Shown here: in pieces, positions 47,803 through 56,120 of the stretch | Layout: the number at the start of each line of letters is the position of its first letter | Position numbering within the stretch: position 1 is the first letter of the stretch | Source: Promethearchaeota archaeon | GTDB lineage: Archaea; Asgardarchaeota; Lokiarchaeia; Sigyniarchaeales; SOKP01 | NCBI GenBank assembly: GCA_018238625.1 | Contig: JABCSY010000003.1 | Location: forward strand, 1,764 to 65,763 | Length of the DNA stretch: 64,000 nt | Direction: 5' to 3' | Made by a program: the position numbers and the translations under genes | Notes under the pieces: model-generated | What the model saw: only the letters and a program-made list of their open reading frames with translations | Databases searched by the model: none | What the model was told of the DNA's origin: nothing

Positions 47803-48549
47803 ATGAAAAAAGATATTTCGATTAAGCAAATAGTAATGTTATTTTTAAGAAAGTTTTTATTAATTTTTTTTTCAGTTTGGTCGTATATTCCTATAATTGT
47901 AGGAATATTACTTCCAATGTTAATAATTTTACCCATAGCTTATGCTTCATGGATCATTCCTTCTTTACTACCAGGAGAATTACTTTTTGATGCGTATATT
48001 CCAATCTCCATAGAATACCCTTTCCAGTATGTATGTATTCTTGCGATAGAAATCATCATTTTCATAGGAGGGTTTTTTTTGTTTTTATTAGGATTATGCC
48101 ATCTTACGAAAGGGAAGAAGCAGAAAGCATCAATTGTAACTACAGGAATATATCATTATTTCCGGCATCCTCAAAATTTGGGTATTGGTCTAATCGCTTT
48201 ACCATTAGCGCTTTATATTCCTGGATTTAATGATTTAGGGATACGTATAGGTGAAATTTTTTCGTGGCTCCTTTTTACTTTTATTCTTACCATTTATTCA
48301 AACCTAGAAGAACAAATTCTTATTGATAAATTTCCAGAAGAATATTCAACCTATCAACATCTCACAGGATTTTTTCTGCCAAAACTCCACTTTCGAAGGA
48401 AAAATTTATCCAAAAAAACAATGTTTATGACAACTCAAAAGCGTTATATTTTTCTCTTTCTGAGTTATCTTATTTCAGTAATTTCAGTATTTATTGTAAT
48501 TGAATTAATGTTGGCATTAAAACTTATTACAATTATATTATACTTCTAA
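47803..48549 (+). CDS. ICMT/Ste14-family membrane methyltransferase
   Basis: Polytopic. LCHLTKGKK...IVTTGIYHYFRHPQNLGIGLIAL...EEQILIDKFPEEYSTYQ matches the isoprenylcysteine carboxyl methyltransferase-family core. Confidence 0.65.
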   Translation: MKKDISIKQIVMLFLRKFLLIFFSVWSYIPIIVGILLPMLIILPIAYASWIIPSLLPGELLFDAYIPISIEYPFQYVCILAIEIIIFIGGFFLFLLGLCHLTKGKKQKASIVTTGIYHYFRHPQNLGIGLIALPLALYIPGFNDLGIRIGEIFSWLLFTFILTIYSNLEEQILIDKFPEEYSTYQHLTGFFLPKLHFRRKNLSKKTMFMTTQKRYIFLFLSYLISVISVFIVIELMLALKLITIILYF

Positions 48550-48551
48550 AC

Positions 48552-50924
48552 TCATCTTCTAAAATTTGAGCCATATAAATTGAAGAGATACCGATGAAGT
48601 TTGCTTCCATATTTAGCATATTCTTCCGCCCAAATTCTTACTATGACATCATGAGTAACATATCTACCAATCAGTTCTTTACTTACAACTCTCATTTGTC
48701 TTGCTGAATAACCTTGACTAAATAACCAAATAATTCTAGGTTTCCACCAATATTCATCTCTAGCGCGATAAAAATCCATGTTTAGTGTTTCAGGAATCCA
48801 ACGGGTTACATGAAAGTGGTCCCATTCAAATAAGGTTTCAATTTCTTTTTTGTCATATCCTAAGCCAATTAATAGTTTCAACATTTCTTGATCTATTTCT
48901 TTGACTGATAATCCCGCATTAACCCAGTCTTGTAACAGAGATTCATCAATCTCTTTTTTATTTAGTAAGATCTTTTCAACTTCAGGATATAACCAATAAA
49001 TTCTGTTAGCTTCTGGTAAGGAAATACCAAAAACTTCATAAGATTTTTCATATAATGTTCTCTCTCCAATTTTAAGTCTGCTAGCCATATCAGTATAATG
49101 AAGTTGTTGGTGAATCAATTTGATAAATAAACTTTCATCCACTTCTATCCATTGAGAATGAGTTTTCCCTTTACGCGCATTCTTAATTCTTTTTTCACTC
49201 ATTCTTTCATTATAAATATCATTTACTCCAAATGCGTCTCTAGCTCCTGTGAACGTATTGAATCCTATAGATTTTAACATGGCGTATAAAGTAGCGTGAT
49301 CAATTTCCATCTCCATTTTAATTTCAGATGTGGAAAAACCTTCTTTTATTAGTTTTTCAAATCTTACTAGATATTTGTGCTCAATTGTATCTATTTCAGA
49401 TTTTGTTCTTAGAACAAAATGTCTAACTCTAGAATTATAGATTTTTATTCCACCAAAATGGTTCCTAGCATCATCAATTGAATATATACCAAATTTCGCC
49501 CAAAATTCTTGAATTTTAGAATAGATAATTTGATCAGGTACTCGAAATTCCATTGCTATCTCAGATATGAATAAACCCCGCCCTATTAAGTTTTTAAGTT
49601 CGCCTTCTTGAATAAAACTAAATACGACTGCGTTTTTATCACTTAATGTCAAACTTCTGTGAGTTCCTCCTCTTGTAACATTATATCCATAAAGTGGAAC
49701 AATTTCGTTATCTTTAATTGCAAAATAATCTAAAACACACGATTTTCTTTTCTTAATTTCTTCTATTTCCATCTTATTTAATTCATCTTGATTCGAAGCG
49801 TAACTAATTAATTTGATAGTAAATTCATCATTTTCTGTCCTTGCGAAACTCTCACTCACTTTTGTAATTCTTAAATTATTATCTTTTTCTATATAATATT
49901 TTATCGCCTTTCTGAGATATTGATTACATGGGTCGCGTAAATGTTCTGCAAATCTAATAAAAATACCTCGTATTGTTTGCCCAATATATACTTTATTTGT
50001 TCTCTTATCAGTAAAAAGATATAATGCGCCATAGTTCTCGTCATTGACTGAAGGTTCTGTATGAACTGATGTAAGTAAGCCTTCGATATCAGATTTAGTA
50101 AATTTTTTGGTTATTCCTTCTTTGAAAAAATCAAAATAAGCAGAATAGCGGTCAAAAGCCGTAATTCGATTTTTCTTGGGATTTGTTCCTTCAGGAGAAA
50201 GTCCGAGGAGACATCTACAAGTTCCCATATTAAGGATGCGATCATAATATTTTTTCGTTTCAAAAAGTGATATTCTTCTCTCTCCTTCTAAGGCAAGTAG
50301 TTTAGTCTCTTCATTCGAGTACAGTCTTTGCCAAGTTTGAAGTGAATTTATTAGATCCTGAGAAAATGGTTTGAGTTTATTGATATCTGTGAGAATTTCT
50401 GAGTGAATTCGAAGATGCTTAAGGAGTCTTGTATATTGTATAGTGATTTCTTGCATTCCATCTCTTATCGCTTGATGTACACTGTGTGTTTTCAAAGTTT
50501 TTTCACCCTTTAGTGTTTTTATTTGTTTTTTAGTCAGTTTTTTGAGATAAGCATTAGAAAGAGAATCCATGTAACGAGAAATTATCGGAGCACCCCTTCC
50601 AATGGTTATGCAGTATAACCAGCTGTAAATAAACGATTGTAGGTCTTTAGGAAATTGTTTTTTAATTAAACTAAGTAAATTTTCAGGAGGAAGTCCTGCT
50701 TTATCAAATAAACAGGAGAGCGCAGCATCAATAAAAATACTAATCCTTTCATCTATATAAACTAATGGAGTGCCATGTTTTTTGCATTTTGGATATTTAT
50801 TAAATCCAAAAAATCCAAATTTCAGTGGTTTGACTCTTGTTAGCTCCTCACATCCAAATTTCGGACAGATTGCGATACGATCTCCTTTTAAAGATTTCCG
50901 ATTTACTTGAGAATACGCCTTCAT
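48552..50924 (-). CDS. Large GIY-YIG nuclease-domain protein with N-terminal zinc ribbon and repeated C-terminal HTH-like modules
   Basis: 790 aa. CPKFGC..CKKHG; GIY-YIG core ALYLFTDKRTNKVYIGQTIRGIFIRFAEH...MEIEEIKK...YGYNVTRGG. At least four similar modules of about 50 aa follow (e.g. GLFISEIAMEFRVPDQIIYSKI, GFSTSEIKMEMEIDHATLYAML, LHYTDMASRLKIGERTLYEKS, GYSARQMRVVSKELIG). Confidence 0.7.
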   Translation of the reverse strand: MKAYSQVNRKSLKGDRIAICPKFGCEELTRVKPLKFGFFGFNKYPKCKKHGTPLVYIDERISIFIDAALSCLFDKAGLPPENLLSLIKKQFPKDLQSFIYSWLYCITIGRGAPIISRYMDSLSNAYLKKLTKKQIKTLKGEKTLKTHSVHQAIRDGMQEITIQYTRLLKHLRIHSEILTDINKLKPFSQDLINSLQTWQRLYSNEETKLLALEGERRISLFETKKYYDRILNMGTCRCLLGLSPEGTNPKKNRITAFDRYSAYFDFFKEGITKKFTKSDIEGLLTSVHTEPSVNDENYGALYLFTDKRTNKVYIGQTIRGIFIRFAEHLRDPCNQYLRKAIKYYIEKDNNLRITKVSESFARTENDEFTIKLISYASNQDELNKMEIEEIKKRKSCVLDYFAIKDNEIVPLYGYNVTRGGTHRSLTLSDKNAVVFSFIQEGELKNLIGRGLFISEIAMEFRVPDQIIYSKIQEFWAKFGIYSIDDARNHFGGIKIYNSRVRHFVLRTKSEIDTIEHKYLVRFEKLIKEGFSTSEIKMEMEIDHATLYAMLKSIGFNTFTGARDAFGVNDIYNERMSEKRIKNARKGKTHSQWIEVDESLFIKLIHQQLHYTDMASRLKIGERTLYEKSYEVFGISLPEANRIYWLYPEVEKILLNKKEIDESLLQDWVNAGLSVKEIDQEMLKLLIGLGYDKKEIETLFEWDHFHVTRWIPETLNMDFYRARDEYWWKPRIIWLFSQGYSARQMRVVSKELIGRYVTHDVIVRIWAEEYAKYGSKLHRYLFNLYGSNFRR

Positions 50925-51571
50925 GAAATCAACACCTCGCTATGTTTCTTCATCTTCCTTTTGTCATTCTTACTCCCTATTTCAGGAACTATAGATGTAA
51001 GATCTTTTTCTAAATTATGATAATTCTCCCCTAACTCAGCATAGAATTCAGAAAATGCATGATTCATGTTTTTATATGTTTTACATGCTTCGATAGATAG
51101 TTGTATCAAGGATTTGAGAAATAAAGGGTGATTATAAAGATCTTGTTCCGAAAAGTAATGGATCTTCATAAATATCTGAAGTGTTAAATCTTCTAATTCT
51201 TTCAGGAGAGATTTAGATATCTCATTTCGTTTAATAGACACTTGGTATAAAAGGATTTGAATTTCTTCCTCTAGATCCCTTCTACTGATTCCATTAATTT
51301 TATTAAGGAGTTTAATAAACCTTAATGCTAACGATTCGAATTGTTTTTTGTTTTCATAGAATTTTGTATCTTGCAACTTCGTAGATATATTGGACTTGGA
51401 ACGAAACCTACATCGTATCGTGTTGGTCTTAAGATTTAACAAGGATCGAACTTGTCGTGAAAGTTCAGTTATTTTTCTTACCCCTTCAGTTTCATACCAT
51501 CCAAGAATTATATCATCAACTTCAAGATCTAAGTCGAAATTATCCAAATCAAATGACATTTCAATATCCAT
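50921..51571 (-). CDS. Hypothetical helical protein, translationally coupled to the GIY-YIG gene
   Basis: 216 aa with an acidic N-terminus. The stop overlaps the downstream start by 4 nt (ATGA). Confidence 0.45.
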   Translation of the reverse strand: MDIEMSFDLDNFDLDLEVDDIILGWYETEGVRKITELSRQVRSLLNLKTNTIRCRFRSKSNISTKLQDTKFYENKKQFESLALRFIKLLNKINGISRRDLEEEIQILLYQVSIKRNEISKSLLKELEDLTLQIFMKIHYFSEQDLYNHPLFLKSLIQLSIEACKTYKNMNHAFSEFYAELGENYHNLEKDLTSIVPEIGSKNDKRKMKKHSEVLIS

Positions 51572-51713
51572 TTTTTTTTTCTTATACTACCCAATTAAAG
51601 TAGCTGTATTTAAAGAACAAAAAAAATGATGAATTTATCTTAGTGTCTATTAAAAAACTATGAAAAAAAAAAAGAAAAAAAATTATAATGTTCGGGTGTT
51701 AAGTTCTTATCCT

Positions 51714-51961
51714 TTATTTATACTTGATCGACAATAGGAGATCGTTTTTAGTAATCTTTTTACGATTAGCATGCATGGTAAAAGCTCGTGCTTGTTCAGT
51801 TAAGCCAATTGCAGTCTTTTCGAGATGGTCAATTAAAAGATCTACTGCGTTTCTGGCTACGATGCTTGCACCTTGCTGCTTCATTAATCTCCTTATTGGC
51901 GACCAGGCAAAACTCCACTCAGAATCGAATCGATCCTTGAACTATGTTTCTTTTTAGCCAT
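51714..51961 (-). CDS. Archaeal histone (histone fold) with an apparent 1-nt frameshift near the N-terminus
   Basis: Not in the ORF track. GGAGG-N9-ATG at 51961 gives MAKKKHSSRIDSILSGVLPGRQ*. A frame offset by one base reads ...FAWSPIRRLMKQQGASIVARNAVDLLIDHLEKTAIGLTEQARAFTMHANRKKITKNDLLLSIKYK* (stop 51716-51714), matching the archaeal HMf-type histone pattern (P..R....GA.R.S..A...L...LE....I...A...A.HA.RKT....D..LA). Confidence 0.65.
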
Positions 51962-52585
51962 GGTCTTATTCCTCCACTATTGAAAATTTTTAAATTCTAA
52001 TTTTTAATTTTTTTTGAATTTATAATTAAAGTTTCTTAGATAGTAATATATCCGAAGAGTTATTTAAATCTTTTGCCTAAATGTGAAGAACTTCAAGAAT
52101 TAAATGCATAAAAAATCACGACAAAAAATTTTGGTTATAATTTAATGGTCATTTTGTATGATCATCCAATGGTTGATCATTCGAAAAATATGAATCCACT
52201 TTTTTAGAATCAAAATAATTCAAATATCAAAATAGAATAATTCTCTATTTCTATTGGTTTTGTTATCATTTATTGAGGTAGTAAAAAATATTGAATTGAA
52301 AAACATCATCCCCAATGAATATTATTCTATCGACTGTACGATCATAATTATTAAGTCATAATTAACCTAAGTAATAAAAATTAGTTTCAATCTATAAATC
52401 ATGTAATTAAATCAAATATTAAAAATAATAACTTTAATTCTTGGATAATAAATTTTTATTTTTTGGAGATTTCAACAGAATGTTATAATTTAAAACGAAA
52501 ATTTTAATTAATTCTGACTTTTTTAATAGTATTAAGAATAACAATTTATTATTTCTTAAAATTAGTTTTTGAAAGGTAAAATGAT

Positions 52586-53203
52586 ATGTCTCAACAAATA
52601 ATGGTACCCGGCGCAACAGCAGTTGCTATCAAATGTAAAGATGGAGTGGTGCTAGGAAACGATCGCAGGGCAACATGGGGTTATACTGTAATAAATAAAT
52701 CCACAAAAAAATTATTTAAGATTACAGATCATATTGGCTTGGCAGCTTATGGTTTAATAGGTGATTTTCAATTCGTCGTGAGGGTGTTGAAAGCTCAAAG
52801 CGTGTTATACGAATTAGATGCTTACGATAGAATTAGCACAAAGAGCGTAGCTAAAATGCTTTCTAATATGTTGTATTCTCGAAAAATGATGCCTTTATAT
52901 ACAAGTTTAATCATTGCGGGAGTAGACAAAGATGGCCCAATCTTGTACACTTTAGATGGGCTTGGCTCATTGATCCCAGAGGATTATGGTGCAACGGGAT
53001 CAGGTATGCTCCTTTCTATGGGACTTTTGGAAGCAGAATATAAACCAGACATGACTATGGAAGATGGCGTAAAGCTTGTCGAAAAGGTGATAAGGAACTC
53101 AATCAAGAGAGATGTTATGTCTGGAAATGGTATTGATTTACTAATAATTACCCAAGATGGTACTAAAGAAAAATCAATTGAGATAAAGGAATTAGGGGAA
53201 TAA
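52586..53203 (+). CDS. psmB: Proteasome beta subunit with Thr1 replaced by Ala (predicted non-catalytic)
   Basis: By eye, aligns without gaps to the Thermoplasma beta subunit as I recall it. G-ATAVAIKCKDGVVLGNDRRAT...KKLFKI versus G-TTTVGITLKDAVIMATERRVT...KKLFQI. Asp17 and Lys33 equivalents are present; position 1 is Ala. Confidence 0.85.
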   Translation: MSQQIMVPGATAVAIKCKDGVVLGNDRRATWGYTVINKSTKKLFKITDHIGLAAYGLIGDFQFVVRVLKAQSVLYELDAYDRISTKSVAKMLSNMLYSRKMMPLYTSLIIAGVDKDGPILYTLDGLGSLIPEDYGATGSGMLLSMGLLEAEYKPDMTMEDGVKLVEKVIRNSIKRDVMSGNGIDLLIITQDGTKEKSIEIKELGE

Positions 53204-53315
53204 AAAAGATTTTTTGTTTAGTTATTAGTTATTTCTCTCTTATTATTGCAAAAAATTTTATTAAATGATATATTTTTTTACTTGTTAGTTAATCTAATTA
53301 TTTTGGTGTTTTTAT

Positions 53316-55352
53316 TTGCGTCTATTTGGTAATACATTTGAAGGTTATAGAGAAATAAAAGGATATAGTAAAGAAGAAATTTTAAGGATTAAAAATTCTA
53401 TTTCAAGCCTTAAATCTGACAAAACAAAATCACAAGAGATCGAAGATTTCCTTAAATCTGAATTTAAGCTTGAGGTTCTCAACTCTTTCACAGATTATTT
53501 TAATGAAATTAAACCTTTTTGCGAGAATTATTTATTTTCTCAAACAAAAAAGGATTATTATTCTATAAAAGCAGTAATTATTGACGAGTTAAAACTAATC
53601 TCTAGCAATTTAACAAGCTTAAGCTCAAATGGTAGAAACGTGAAGCGGATCGTAAAGAATGGAGGGCACCTTGAAAATTACTTAACAATTTGTAAGGAGT
53701 CTATTAATAACCTTGACGATTTTATCCTTCGTTTAGAGAATTCTTCAGTAAAAATAGAGCACGATTACGAAAACGATATATCCTTATGGATTGAAGCAAA
53801 TAAAATAAAAAACCTATCTTTTAAATTAAACCTTATTCCAGACGATTTGAATAATTGGAAAGAAATTCAAGAGTTTGCCATCTACATACAAAGTTTGGTT
53901 GAGGCTAAAACAGCAAAAAAAATAAAATCTCGTAAAGGAACTTTATTAACATTTCATTTCGATGAGCTTTACCAGTTTTTTTTAAGTAAATCAGATGGAA
54001 AAAAAGATTCTTACGGTGATCTAATTTATTTGTTATATCAAAATAAGATATTCGAAGAATTTGAAGGAGAAGAATTTGTAAACGTCCTTGAAAGGAAAGA
54101 GTCAGTGCAAAGATTAAGGGATAAAATGCGTTCGCCTATAATTGCATTAATAAAAAATAAATTAAAAGAAAACTTGCAAGAACTTGAAGATTTAGATAAG
54201 CAATACGATTTAACTGGAAATGGACAAGGTAAACTAGATTTAAACCACGTTATGGAGCAAAAATTCAGTGTATTTCTCCCTCAAGTCGTTGATTTATATT
54301 TTAAGGGCATAGATAAGAAATTTCAAGGAGCGATAAACGATGTAAGTGACTCCGAGAAATTCGTAAAAATCGTGAATTCAAATTACGATAAAGTGGATGA
54401 TTTTGCGTTAAAAATTGACGAAATTGACACATGGATATTAACTTTTGATAAAATTATAAAACCCTATGAGAATATTACAGCAACTTTAAAAAAGACCTTG
54501 GCAAATATTATATCTGAAATTATTCGACGCAAGGAGGAGTATGTAAATTATCTTAATAATATTAAAGATGAGGGCTTACGAGTAGATGTCAGAAGTTTTG
54601 TTGACGAAAAAATTGCTGAAGTGAATAAATTAATTAATTCATACGAAGATGAGACATCTATTATCATTAGAGAAGAATTACCGCAACTAAGAGAAATAAG
54701 AGACTTATTAACGAATTATAAAGTAAAAATTGAACAAATTAAAGAAGAAGTTTACATTAAATTGGATACTTACAAGGAAAGCAACATAGAGATGTATTCA
54801 ATCATCAAATATTGGGAAGATAATTTCAATCGCAAGAAACAACAGCTCACTTTCTTATTAACAGTTTTGATGAATAAAATTTTTAAAAGTTTTAAGGGTT
54901 TAATTGATAAAGAATCAATATTATTTGCTGAAATTACTGAAATCACTAAGCAAACCGAGAATTTCGAAGGGTTACCTTTAAATTTCGCTTTATCGTCTTT
55001 TTTAGCAAATAAATTATCTGAAGATGAACTTAGAGAAAGGATTTCTGAAATTAATTCAAAAATTAATCAATTGACAAGCAGTCTTGGTTTATATCAAGTA
55101 GAACACTCAAGAATAGAAGAAATACTATCTACTAAAGTTAAAATAAGAGAGGGTGTATCAGTATCCAATGTTCAATGTACTGTTTGTCATAAACACATAA
55201 ATTTTGCCAAAGATAAATTAATTACATGCCCTTTCTGTGGATCTACCTATCATTATCTATGTGTTGCTGATTGGCTTGCGAGATATAATTCATGTCCTAT
55301 GTGCCAAAACCAATACTTGGATCCAAATTTAGGATTGTTTGAAAGCGAATAA
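53316..55352 (+). CDS. Large coiled-coil protein with C-terminal C4HC3 RING/PHD-like zinc finger
   Basis: 678 aa. The finger lies at 55176-55304: C-x2-C-x13-C-x2-C-x4-H-x2-C-x10-C-x2-C, with the RING-typical HYLCVADWL....CPMC. Start codon uncertain (TTG). Confidence 0.7.
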   Translation: MRLFGNTFEGYREIKGYSKEEILRIKNSISSLKSDKTKSQEIEDFLKSEFKLEVLNSFTDYFNEIKPFCENYLFSQTKKDYYSIKAVIIDELKLISSNLTSLSSNGRNVKRIVKNGGHLENYLTICKESINNLDDFILRLENSSVKIEHDYENDISLWIEANKIKNLSFKLNLIPDDLNNWKEIQEFAIYIQSLVEAKTAKKIKSRKGTLLTFHFDELYQFFLSKSDGKKDSYGDLIYLLYQNKIFEEFEGEEFVNVLERKESVQRLRDKMRSPIIALIKNKLKENLQELEDLDKQYDLTGNGQGKLDLNHVMEQKFSVFLPQVVDLYFKGIDKKFQGAINDVSDSEKFVKIVNSNYDKVDDFALKIDEIDTWILTFDKIIKPYENITATLKKTLANIISEIIRRKEEYVNYLNNIKDEGLRVDVRSFVDEKIAEVNKLINSYEDETSIIIREELPQLREIRDLLTNYKVKIEQIKEEVYIKLDTYKESNIEMYSIIKYWEDNFNRKKQQLTFLLTVLMNKIFKSFKGLIDKESILFAEITEITKQTENFEGLPLNFALSSFLANKLSEDELRERISEINSKINQLTSSLGLYQVEHSRIEEILSTKVKIREGVSVSNVQCTVCHKHINFAKDKLITCPFCGSTYHYLCVADWLARYNSCPMCQNQYLDPNLGLFESE

Positions 55353-55353
55353 A
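55315..55353 (+). repeat. Direct repeat copy 1 (3' end of the RING gene)
   Basis: atacttggatccaaatttaggattgtttgaaagcgaata. 36/39 identical to 55979-56017. Confidence 0.85.
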
Positions 55354-55474
55354 TTTTGGCACGAGATACACTTAAAGTATCTCTTGCAATAACACAACGC
55401 ACATAAATGTTTGTTTAATTCGTGGAAAATCATAAGATATCTTTACTAAATTAGCAACAAAACATCTTTAATAT

Positions 55475-55915
55475 TTACAATATTACATTCTTTTTTTTAG
55501 CTTTAATAACGCGAGGATTTTTTAATTGGGGGTTTTTTTTTAAATAATATGAAATAAATACTCCTCCAAAGAAAACAATGAACCACCATATCGTAAGATA
55601 TGTAAATTTACCTGTATACTTGTAAATATTTATATCGACAAAGAGAAAAAAAGTTATTATTATTGTGTTTGCACAAATAAATATAATTAAATGCTCTAAT
55701 TTTAGAGGGAAATTATTTTTCAGTTTGATTATATGATACACATCTTTAGTTTTTATTAATAATATTAATGCAATACAAAAAAGATTCCATCCACTAATTT
55801 GAATAATAAAAAATAAGTTCGGAGATGCTATAAATATTGATAGAATCAAAGATAATACAATAAAAAAGGTTCCAATTATAGGTAATATTAATCCTATATC
55901 TGATAATTTTGACAT
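55475..55915 (-). CDS. Small integral membrane protein (about 4 TM) inside the repeat-bounded segment
   Basis: 146-aa hydrophobic ORF. Confidence 0.5.
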   Translation of the reverse strand: MSKLSDIGLILPIIGTFFIVLSLILSIFIASPNLFFIIQISGWNLFCIALILLIKTKDVYHIIKLKNNFPLKLEHLIIFICANTIIITFFLFVDINIYKYTGKFTYLTIWWFIVFFGGVFISYYLKKNPQLKNPRVIKAKKKNVIL

Positions 55916-55978
55916 ATTAAGTTAAATTATGACATTTTCGTATAAATATATTTTCCTCTAAAATCAGAGCATTTAATT

Positions 55979-56017
55979 ATACTTAGATCCAAATTTAGGA
56001 TTGTTTGAGAACGAATA
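55979..56017 (+). repeat. Direct repeat copy 2 (orphan duplicate of the RING-gene 3' end)
   Basis: atacttagatccaaatttaggattgtttgagaacgaata. Encodes LDPNLGLFENE-stop, versus LDPNLGLFESE-stop in the gene. Confidence 0.85.
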
Positions 56018-56120
56018 GTATTGTATTGTGAGTTAAATTTTTTATTCTAATTCTTCTCAAGATTCTTTCTAAGAAATCATTAAAAACCTGCACTAAAGTT
56101 TGATAGTAGCAAAGAAGAGG

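Noticed and set aside
51724-51957. 77-aa plus-strand ORF listed in the ORF track.
   Set aside because: It is the antisense shadow of a clear histone-fold coding sequence on the minus strand. It has no motif and starts at a non-ATG codon.
52434-52616. 60-aa minus-strand ORF overlapping the psmB start.
   Set aside because: Low-complexity (L/K/N-rich), lies in AT-rich spacer, and overlaps the conserved proteasome gene start.
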